Source: Octopus sinensis
Lineage: Eukaryota
Direction: 5' to 3'
Assembly: GCF_006345805.1 (NCBI RefSeq)
Contig: NW_021834823.1
Span: forward strand, 1 to 45,482
DNA: 45,482 nucleotides
Of the stretch, positions 11,540 through 22,055 are shown one piece after another (within the stretch, counting starts at the first letter, position 1; every line of letters starts with the position of its first letter). The position numbers were made by a program, and so were the translations under genes. A model generated the notes under the pieces. That model searched no databases and was not told where the DNA came from. It worked only from the letters and a program-made list of their open reading frames with translations.

Positions 11540-12171
11540 GAAGCACATGGCCAAGTGGTTAGAGCAGCGGACTCGCAGTCAAGGGATCGCAGGTTTGAAT
11601 CTCAGATTGGGCGATGTGTGTGTTTATAAGCGAAACACCTATGCTCCATGCAGCTCTGGCAGAAGGTAATGGTGAAACTTCTGCTGACTCTTTTGCCACA
11701 ACTTTCTCTCACTCTTTCCTCCTGCATCTTGCAGCTCACCTGCATCATACTAGCATCCCGTCCAGGTGGTGAACCTATATGCCAAGGAAACCGGGAAACC
11801 GGCCCTAATGAGCCAGGCATGGCTTGAGAAGAAACAAACAACAACAATAATGTGGTGTGTGTGTGTGTGTGTGGAGGCACATGGCCAAGTGGTTAGAGCA
11901 GAGGACTTGCGGTCGAGGGATAGTGGGTTCGAATCTCAGACCGGGCGATGTGTGTGTTTATGAGCGAAACGCCTAAGCCACACGCGGCTCCGGCAGAAGG
12001 TAATGGCTAACTTCTGCTGACTCTTTTGCCACAACTTTCTCTCACTCTTTCCTCTTGCATCTTGCAGCTCACCTGCGACGGACCGGCGTCTCGTCCAGGT
12101 GGGGAATCTATATGCCAAGGAAACCAGGAAACCGGCCCTTATGATCCAGGCATGGCTTGAGAAGAAACAAA
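11540..12171 (+). mobile_element. Two tandem SINE C' copies (family C head, different tail) inside one 9-bp TSD
   Basis: Copies at 11540-11850 and 11870-12171; tail ..GTCCAGGTGG..GGAAACCGGCCC..GGCATGGCTTGAGAAG; TSD CAGTTGGAG at 11531-11539 and 12172-12180. Confidence 0.85.
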
Positions 12172-12283
12172 CAGTTGGAGTGTGACTGTTACAGCAAATC
12201 CATCCTCATCAGTAAATGATAGTTATGGTACCTCTTCCTTCAACAGCAGTGTCACAGCTACCATACTCCTGTTCGGAGTATGG

Positions 12284-13251
12284 TAAGGTGGTGAGCTGGC
12301 AGAAACGTTAGCATGCAGGGTGAAATGCGTAGCCATATTTCGTCTGCCGTTACGTTCAGAGTTCAAATTTCACTGAAGTCGACTTTGCCTTTCATCCTTT
12401 CAGGGTCGATAAATTAAGTACCAGTTACGCACTGGGGTCGATATAATCCACTTAATCCGTTTGTCTGTCCTTGTTTGTCCTCTCTGTGTTTAGCCCCCTG
12501 TGGGTAATAAAGAAATTGGTATTTCATCTGCCGTTATGTTCTGAGTTCTAATTCCGCCTAGGTCGACTTTGCCTTTCATCCTTTCAGGGTCAGATAAATT
12601 AAGTACCAGTTAATCACTGGGGTCGATGTAATTGACTTATTCCATTTGTCTGTCCTTGTTTATCCCCTCTATGTTTAGCCCCTTGTGGGTAATAAAGAAA
12701 TAGGCATTTCGTCTGCCGCTATGTTCTGAGTTCTAATTCCACCTAAGTCGACTTTGCCTTTCATCCTTTCGGGGTCGATAAATTAAGTACCAGTTACGCA
12801 CTGGGGTCGATATAATCCACTTAATCCGTTTGTCTGTCCTTGTTTGTCTCTTCTGTGTTTAGCCCCTTGTGGGTAATAAAGAAATGGGTATTTCGTCTGC
12901 CGCTATGTTCTGAGTTCTAATTCCGCCTAAGTCGACTTTGCCTTTCATCCTTTCGGGGTCGATAAATTAAGTACCAGTTACGCACTGGGGTCGATATAAT
13001 CCACTTAATCCGTTTGTCTGTCCTTGTTTGTCTCTTCTGTGTTTAGCCCCTTGTGGGTAATAAAGAAATGGGTATTTCGTCTGCCGTTATGTTCTGAGTT
13101 CTAATTCCGCCTAGGTCGACTTTGCCTTTCATCCTTTCGGGGTCGATGAATTAAGTACCAGTTAATCACTGGGGTCGATGTAATTGATTTAATCCGTTTG
13201 TCTGTCCTTGTTTGTCCCCTCTATGTTTAGCCCTTGTGGGTAATAAAGAAA
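12284..13251 (+). mobile_element. SINE A tandem array: 1 full unit plus 4 headless units of 184-185 bp
   Basis: Unit starts GG(T/C)ATTTC at 12518, 12703, 12887 and 13071; flanking direct repeat CATACTCC. Confidence 0.9.
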
Positions 13252-13780
13252 GACATACTCCAGCTCTGAATCAGACCACAGCAGTTACATTACTTCAGTC
13301 CTTGGTCAGAATGTCACAGTTGTAGCGCCTCGGGTTTACATCAGAGAATGACACACACAGTGCCTCTATCCTTCAGGGTGCCATGTTTACAGACCATCTT
13401 TCTATAAATGTGGCCAATAAACATTAACCTTTCTCTTTATCAGAGATCATTGAAACTGCCATTGTCCTCTTCATAAATAAACATCGCATAATTTCGGCTG
13501 ATTTACATATCGCTCTGTTGTTCGGCAAATGAGCCGGTACTGTGTGGTGGTGGTGGAGAGGTCGAGGTCGTCATTATATTTTCATTTGACACTCAATTGT
13601 ATTATTTGTTCACATACGATAGCGAAGCTAGACAAATATTCAAATTTCTATACACTGTCTCTACTCACAGATGTGTGTGTGTGTATATATACATATATAT
13701 ATATATTTATTTATATATGAATATGTACATGTATGTATATGTATATATATATATATATAATATATATGAATATGTATATG

Positions 13781-13811
<31 letters not shown>

Positions 13812-13990
13812 ATATATATGATGATGATATATATATATGAATATGTATGTATATATATATGTGTGTGTGTATTTGTACTTATGTGTATATGTGTATATAT
13901 ATGCATACATATATATCTGTATGCATGTATATATATATATCTGTATGTGTATATAACCTATACAAGCATACATCTCTCTCTCTCTCTAAC

Positions 13991-14025
<35 letters not shown>

Positions 14026-14102
14026 GCTATGTATTATTTGTATGTATATACATATAAATATACATATATAAATACATGTGCATGTAAATATATATATATT
14101 AT

Positions 14103-14136
<34 letters not shown>

Positions 14137-15009
14137 ATGAATGTATGCATTTATATATAGGGAGAGATACACACATACACACACACAAACATACATTTAT
14201 AGTTACATGTTTGCGTGTGAATAGTGCGCATTGATATGAAATTGCATATAAAAGTACACGCTGTCTCCTGTTGTATGCATTCGATATAAATATGCAGCCA
14301 TTTTCCCATTTCCATGCTGTAATGTAAAACATGTGTGCCCAATTAGGCCTCCTTCCAATCAAATACATTTGCATATATTTAGTTGCAAAGAGTCTGTGAG
14401 TATTGGCTGGAATATGCATATAGTGCATGCATGCACAAGTTTGTGCATGTGTATATATGTGAGTGTAGTGTGTGTGTGTGTGTGTGTTTGTGTGAGGATG
14501 TGTAAGGGGCAGTTTCGTATCTGGATGTAATTGTGCATGCACACATATATAGGCATTTACATAGTTTCAGACACAGAGGGAGAGTCTGAGAAGCAATTGT
14601 GTAAACAAATCCATACATATACATACGTCTATTTCTGTCTATCTATCTATCTATCTCTAGTGGTCGTAGGATCGCGGTTTCCATTCCCAGACCGGGCGTT
14701 GTGAGTGTTTATTGAGCGAAAACACCTAAAGCTCCACGAGGCTCTGACAGGGGATGGTGGTGATCCCTGCTGTACTCTTTCACCACAACTTTCTCTCACT
14801 CTTACTTCCTGTTTCTGTTGTACCTGTATTTCAAAAGGCTGGCCTTGTCACTCTCTGTGTCATGCTGAATATCCCCGAGAACTACGTTAAGGGTACACGT
14901 GTCTGTGGAGTGCTCAGCCACTTACACGTTAATTTCACGAGCAGGCTGTTCCGTTGATCGGATCAACCGGAACCCTTGTCGTCGTAACCGATGGAGTGCT
15001 TCCATTCCA

Positions 15010-15070
<61 letters not shown>

Positions 15071-15158
15071 GTCAGACTGTCTGTCTGTCTGTCTGTCTGT
15101 CTGCCTATCTATCTCTTATCTATCTATCTATCTATCTGTCTGTCTACCTATCAATCAA

Positions 15159-15194
<36 letters not shown>

Positions 15195-15195
15195 C

Positions 15196-15247
<52 letters not shown>

Positions 15248-15250
15248 ACA
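15010..15250. repeat. (TATC)n/(GATA)n tetranucleotide repeat (also 21888-22085 and 29425-29533)
   Basis: Direct reading. Confidence 0.95.
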
Positions 15251-16111
15251 TACGTTATAAACATTTAAACATTCATACATATATAAGTATACGCACACAC
15301 AACACACATTTGAGTGATTTTATACATACATATTATAAGCATTCTTATGATTTATACTTACTGTTATGAGTCTTTCATGTGTATCTGCATGTATATATGC
15401 ATGCGTGTGCATACGTATACACATATATATATAAATAATTATATACATATATATGAATATATATATGTGTGTTTGTGTTTATACATATATGCATGTATGA
15501 ATGTATGCATATATATATATATATATATATACATACATGCATACATATAATATATATATATATATATATTAATATATACACATATATGATGGATTATATT
15601 TTCTTGATCGACGAATGAGTGTTCAGTAAAATAACGTGTTATATATATACATATGCATGTAAGCATGCATCATGCATGACTGTATGTATATATGTCCCAA
15701 AACAGAAATGAAAATAAACAGAAAAATAAAAGTACTCAACATACATTTTCTTGAGTGTATATATATTTATGCAAAACTTCAAAGAAAGGCACATCCTATG
15801 GCCACCATAGAGCAACCACAAAAGATCCATTGATCTACCAATTAGCAATGCTATGTACATAGCAATGAAAGTGAAAGTAAAAAAGTATTGGCCATCATTA
15901 TCCCCTGCACGATTCCAGAGGCATGTATAGTGATGATGTAAAAACGGGTCTTTCAACCATTAGCTGGTGTTCCAGCATAGACTCAGTGGTAATGGTCAGA
16001 GGGTTAGAATAAGTAATAATTAGGCAGTAGATATTTCGTATGAACACATATAGATAGATAGATAGATAGATAGATATGTGCAGAGAAACTTAAATTTTTT
16101 TCCAAATATTA

Positions 16112-16400
16112 TATATATATATTATATAAAATCCGTTCTGTCTGTCTGTGTGTGTCTTCTAGAATCTCGGGCATCCTCCATCCGATTGCGCTCAAATTTG
16201 ATATGTAGATACCGATAGTATCAGGGTGTGTATAAGTCTTGAAAAAATTACAAAAATCGATTCCAGGTGAGAATCTGATCGATAAAGCCGTGGGAACGTG
16301 CATTTGTATGTGCAAGTACATCAGCTGTTGCGATCGATACTATGTGTATGCGAGAAAAATGCATGTGCAGTTTGCGCAAAAAAGGCCGGCCTCTTTGGTG
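16112..16400 (+). mobile_element. Non-autonomous Helitron-like element, 5' part
   Basis: TATATAAAA start, (GTCT)n run, then CCGATTGCGCTCAAATTTG, the layout typical of non-autonomous Helitron/DINE-1-like elements. Confidence 0.5.
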
Positions 16401-16835
16401 TCTCAAATTTAGGTTAAATCAGTGTTTCTCAAAGGGGAGGCCTATGGGACGGTCAGACAAGTTGTTTTGAGAAAATTTGATTTAAATGTTTGACAACTCA
16501 GCACCGTCCATTGGACGTGGGGTCATTTTGCTCATATATATATATATATGTACACACATGTGTGTGTGTGTGTGTGTGTGCATGTGTGTGTGCATGCGTA
16601 CGTGCTTGTGTGTGTGGCATGTGGTAAGAAGCTTGCTTCCCATCCACATCGTTTGGGGATCAATCCCACTGAAGTGTCAGCTTCTGCTTTAGCATATATA
16701 TACTTATATTATATGTATATATATATATATATATAATATATATATAATATTAATTCGAGACAAAACCACTATTTTGCAAAACAAACAAGGAAAGACTTAA
16801 TCAATACAAAAATTTTAATATAAAGAAATAAACCG

Positions 16836-16878
16836 CCACTACAATCGTTTCATGTCTTCAATGACATTCGTCAGGTGG
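16836..16878 (-). ncRNA. Minimal type I hammerhead ribozyme within a Penelope-like fragment (about 16750-16950)
   Basis: RNA CCAC-CUGACGA-AUGUC-auugaa-GACAU-GAAA-C-gauu-G-UA-GUGG: all core bases present, stem I CCAC/GUGG, stem II 5 bp, short stem III, GUA cleavage triplet. Confidence 0.8.
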
Positions 16879-17019
16879 ATTTTCGATCTAAAATATCAAT
16901 ATATTAAAATATAAGTTTAAAATAATAAAATTATCAATGAAAATATAAATATATATAATCTATATATAATCTATATATAATCTATATATAATCAATATAT
17001 AATCTAAATATATATATAT

Positions 17020-17065
<46 letters not shown>

Positions 17066-17142
17066 ATTAGAAGAAGAAAAGGAAATTGGGATAAGGAAGT
17101 TAATAATTGTTTATAATTAACAAATTTGTCATCTTCACTTAA

Positions 17143-17220
17143 TACAGCTGTTTCAATTATACTTAATAATTTAATTACAAATTGTACATTAAATTTACAT
17201 TTATAGCATAATTTCATCAG
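17143..17220 (-). ncRNA. Hammerhead-like core with long stem II; stem I not paired (probably inactive)
   Basis: CUGAUGA-AAUUAUGCU...AGUAUAAUU-GAAA-CAGCUG-UA; palindromic stem III ACAGCUGU. Confidence 0.5.
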
Positions 17221-17333
17221 AGGAAAAAAAGATGTACCTTTGGATGTTATATGTGGGCCTATCAATTCATTTCAGCACACTAAATCTATGAATGGATTTT
17301 TTATGTGTATATATAAATATATATACACATACA

Positions 17334-17742
17334 AGGAGTGGCTGTGTGGTAAGAAGCTGGCTTACCAACCTCATAGTTCCAGGTTCAGTCCCACTGTGTG
17401 GCACCGTGGGCAAGTGTCTTCTACTATAGCCTCTGGCCAACCAAAGCCTTGTGAGTGGATTTGGTAGATGGAAACTGAAAGAAGCCTGTCGTATATATAT
17501 ATATGTATATGTGTATGATTGTGTGTCTATGTTTGTCTCCCCCACCCAACATCACTTGACAACCGATGCTGTTGTGTTTACATCCCCATAGCTTAGTGGT
17601 ATGGCAAAAGAGACTGATAGAATAATTACTAGTCTTACAAAGAATAAGTCCCGGGGTCGAGTTGCTCGACTAAAAGGTGGTGCTCCAGCATGGCCACAGT
17701 CAAATGACTGAAACAAGTAAAAGAGTAAAAAGAGTAAAGAGT
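17334..17742 (+). mobile_element. SINE B full copy (others: 21394-21670+, 23748-24153+, 24725-24890-, 24960-25140+, 32747-33135+, 37200-38027-, 41718-41875+)
   Basis: Family consensus match. Confidence 0.85.
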
Positions 17743-18884
17743 ATATGATGATAATGATGATGATGATGATGATGATGATGATATATTTCTATTTGTGTGT
17801 GTCTCACAGCAGTGTTGGTGTGTTTACATCCCCACAACATAGCAGTTCAGAGAAAGACAGAATATGTACAAGGTTTTAAAAACAAAAAAAAAGTATGCCC
17901 TGGAGTCAATTCATTCAACTAAATTTCTTCAAGGGGGTGTCCCAGCATGGCCACAGTCTGATGACTGAAACAAGTATCTTTTTTCTTTTAACATTTGTTA
18001 AAAGATAAAAGAAATAAAAGCAATGGTTAATCCGTTTTTAATCCGGTGGAGATAAGCAACAGCAACAATTAGATGGTTTTATATGTGATGCAACCTTCAT
18101 GCAGGGCTTTCTGTCTCAGCCTTGTACTGTTTGTAGTTGGGTTATTGAGGTTTAGCAGTTTTTTAGGCCAGAGGGCAGGTTTTCGTTGTTACTTGGTGTG
18201 AACTTTTGTTAACGATAAACTGTTCGTTTGATAATGACCTTAACAGTGCTTTGTATAGTTTGTTTGTTTTTCTTTTCTTTCTTTGTTTTTGGCAGACAAT
18301 CTACTGCAGATTAACAAAAACGTATTAATACTAAAAGAAGATGGAAAAAAAAAAAAAAAATAATATAATAATAAGAATGTGATGATTATGATGATGATGA
18401 TGATGACAATAATCCTTTCTACTGGAAGCACAGAGCCTCAAATTTGGGGGAAGGGATTAAGTCGATTACATCGACCCCAGTGCATAACTGGTACTTATTT
18501 AAACGACCTCGAGAGGATGAAAAAGCAAAGTCAATCTCGGTGGAACTTGAACTCAGAATGTAAGGACGGACGATATTCCACTAAGCATAGCACCTGGTGT
18601 ATTAACAATTCTACCAGCTCACTACCTTGAATAATAATAATGATAACAATAATAATAATAATAATAATGGTAATAATAATAATAATAATGATGATGATAA
18701 TAATAATAATGGTTTTAAATTTTGTTAAAGGAGCAACTGGTACTTATTTTATTGACCCTGAAAGGATAAAAGGTAAAGATGACCTCAGCAGAATTTGAAC
18801 TCAGATATAGTGATGAGCGAAATACCACTAAGCATTCCGTCCAGTGCGTTAAGGATTCTGCCAGCTCACTGCCTTAATAATAAG

Positions 18885-18986
<102 letters not shown>

Positions 18987-19175
18987 GTAGTAGTAGTAGT
19001 AGTAATAGTAATAGTAATGATAGTTTCAAATTTTAGTATAAGGCAAGGTCGGCAATTTCAAAGGAGAGGATAAGTCAATTACATCGACCCCAATACTCAA
19101 CTTATTTTATCGATTCCAAAAGTGTGAAAGGCTAAGTCAACCTCAGCAGAATTTAAATTCCGAACATAAAGATAT

Positions 19176-19942
19176 GCGTGGAGTGGCTGTGGGGTAAGAG
19201 GCGCAGGAGTGGTTGTGTGGTAAGTAGCTTGCTAACCAACCACATGGTTCTGGGTTCAGTCCCACTGCGTGGCACCTTGGTCAAGTGTCTTCTACTATAG
19301 CCTCGGGCCGACCAATGCCTTGTGAGTGGATTTGGTAGACGGAAACTGAAAGAAGCCTGTCGTATATATGTATATATACGTATGTGTATGTGTGTATTTA
19401 TGTGTGTGTGTGTGTGTGTGTGTTTGTCCCCCTAGCATTGCTTGACAACCGATGCTGGTGTGTTTACGTCCCCGTCATTTAGCGGTTCGGCAAAAGAGAC
19501 CGATAGAATAAGTACTGGGCTTACAAAGAGTAAGTCTCGGGGTCGAGCTGTTTACCAACCACATGGTTCCGGGTTCAGTCCCACTGCGTGGCATCTTGGG
19601 CAAGTCTCTTCTGCTATAGCCCCGGGCCGACCAATGCCTTGTGAATGGATTTGGTAGACGGAAACTGAAAGAAGCCTGTCGTATATATGTATATATACGC
19701 ATGTGTATGTGTGTGTGTATGTTTGTGTGTCTGTGTTTGTCCCCCTAGGATTGCTTGACAACCGATGCTGGTGTGTTTACATCCCAGTCATTTAGTGGTT
19801 CGGCAAAAGAGTCCGAGAGAGTAAGTACTGGGCTTACAAAGAATAAGTCCCGGGGTCGATTTGCTCGACTCAAGACGGTGCTCCAGCATGGCCGCAGTCA
19901 AATGGATGAAACAAGTAAAAGAGTAAAAGAGAGAGTAAAGAG
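19176..19942 (+). mobile_element. SINE B tandem dimer with a partial head duplication, nested in an antisense SINE A
   Basis: Second unit restarts at about 19547 (GAGCT|GTTTACCAACCACATGG); SINE A(-) halves at 19025-19170 and 19945-20012. Confidence 0.8.
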
Positions 19943-20012
19943 TATAGACGAAATGCCACTAGGCATTTTGCTTGGCGTGCATGCCAGTGATTCTGCCAGC
20001 ACATCATCGCCT

Positions 20013-20079
20013 TAATGATGATGATGATGATGATGATGATGAAGATGATGATGATGGTGATGGTGATGATGATGATGAC

Positions 20080-20123
<44 letters not shown>

Positions 20124-20266
20124 CGATGGTGATGATGATGATGATGATGAAGATGATGATGATGATGATGATGATAACGATTGATGATGATGATGATGAT
20201 GATGATAATGACGACGATGATGATGATGATGATGATGATGACGACGATGATGATGATGAAGATGAC

Positions 20267-20306
<40 letters not shown>

Positions 20307-20482
20307 GATGATGTGATGATCGATGATGATGATGATGATGATGATGATGGATGATGATGATAATGACGACGACGATGATGATGAATGATGATGATGATGA
20401 TGATGATGTTGATGATGATGACGATGTGATGATAATGATGATGATGAAGATAGGATGATGATGGTGATGATGAGAGATGATG

Positions 20483-20536
<54 letters not shown>

Positions 20537-20707
20537 ATGACGATGATGATGATGATGAAGATGATGATGATGATGATAATGATGATGATGATGATGAAGA
20601 TGAGGATGATGATGATGATGATGATGATGATGGTGATGATGACGATGATGATGATGATGATTATGATGATGATGATGATGATGAAGAAGAAGAAGATGAT
20701 GATGATG

Positions 20708-20743
<36 letters not shown>

Positions 20744-20795
20744 CGATGATGACGATGATGATGATGATGATGATGATGAAGATGATGATGATGAA

Positions 20796-20829
<34 letters not shown>

Positions 20830-20900
20830 GTGATGAAGATGATGATGATAATGATGATGATGATAATGAAGATGATGATGATGATGATGAAGATGATGAA
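20013..20900. repeat. (GAT)n trinucleotide array of about 890 bp
   Basis: Direct reading; imperfect with frame-breaking indels. Confidence 0.95.
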
Positions 20901-21119
20901 ACTTAAATGCTATTTACAACTGCAACATGACTGCAAATGTGATAATAATGCAGATAACGATGATTAACATCATCATAATCATCATCCATCATTGTTATCG
21001 TCAGCACCACCACCATCATCATCATCATCATCATCATTAGCTTTTAATTACAATTTCTTAAATTAATCATAGAGCACTTCATCTTTTAACAGAGGTTATT
21101 ATTAATGCACTGAGAAGCT

Positions 21120-21164
<45 letters not shown>

Positions 21165-21670
21165 ACAATATTAACAACAAGTAATTTATTGCCGATTCTG
21201 CCTGCCAAACATTTGCCAGAATCCTGAAAATGTTATTCTTTTGTTTCCAAGGAGATTTGACAAATAGCACAAAACTGATGGATTAGGGAAGAAAGAAGCC
21301 GGTAGATAAAGCAAATCCAGATTAAAAGATAAAGTTCGAAATAGAGGGGAGAAGCAAAAGGATGAGATTAATTAAAAATAATAAAAATAAAGGTGTAGGA
21401 GTGGCTGTGTGGTAAGTAGCTTGCTAACCAACCACATGGTTCTGGGTTCAGTCCCACTGTGTGGCACCTTGGGCAAGTGTCTTCTACTATAGCCTCGGGC
21501 TGACCAAAGCCTTGTGAGTGGATTAGGTAGACAGAAACTGAAAGAAGCCTGTCGTATATATGTATATATATATGTGTGTGTGTGTGTGTTTGTGCGTCTG
21601 TGTTTGTCCCCCTAGCATTGCTTGACAACCGATGCTGGTGTATTTACGTCCCCATAACTTAGCAGTTCAC

Positions 21671-21887
21671 TTTATATTGACATTTCTGTGATAACGATCC
21701 CTATTGATTGATTTTTTCTTTTTCCTTTTATTTCCCCCCACCTTTTTTTTTGCTTTCCTCTTTCTTTCCTTTTACGATCCCTTTTGATCAAAAACCAAAC
21801 CCCCTTTTTTTGATCCCCAAAAACAAAATCTCTACCATGTAATTTGTCCCGTCTGTGTGCAGCCCTGTGTGGCTAATAAAGAAACAT
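21671..21887 (+). mobile_element. Probable Tx1/L1-like 3' UTR fragment ending at (TATC)n
   Basis: T/C-rich, ends CAGCCCTGTGTGGCTAATAAAGAAA, similar to the end of 10519-10906. Confidence 0.45.
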
Positions 21888-21988
21888 ATCTATCTATCTG
21901 TCAATCTATCTATCTGTCTATCTATCTGTCTATCTATTTCTCTATCTGTCTATCTATCTATCTACCTATCTATCTATCTAGCCATCTG

Positions 21989-22055
<67 letters not shown>

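Larger units (their letters stand above)
11205..13345 (+). repeat. Old degenerate minisatellite (alternating units of about 35 and 34 bp) split by two SINE insertions
   Basis: Units such as CCCTCAACAGGATCATGACAGTTACTACACATCTG and CCCTCATCAGTATATGACAGTTACTGTACTTCTT at 11205-11539, 12181-12269 and 13254-13345. Confidence 0.65.

Noticed and set aside
12284-13251. Regular array could be taken for CRISPR
   Set aside because: Units are whole SINE bodies of about 184 bp without unique spacers; eukaryotic context; no cas genes
15770-15956. Minus-strand HHYTCLWNRAGDNDGQYFF resembling the DHHC palmitoyltransferase motif spacing
   Set aside because: Catalytic D and C and the NCVG motif are missing, and no clear splice sites; likely chance
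19972-20967. Poly-Asp/poly-Met ORFs resembling acidic shell-matrix proteins
   Set aside because: (GAT)n array with frame-breaking indels, no signal peptide or splice context
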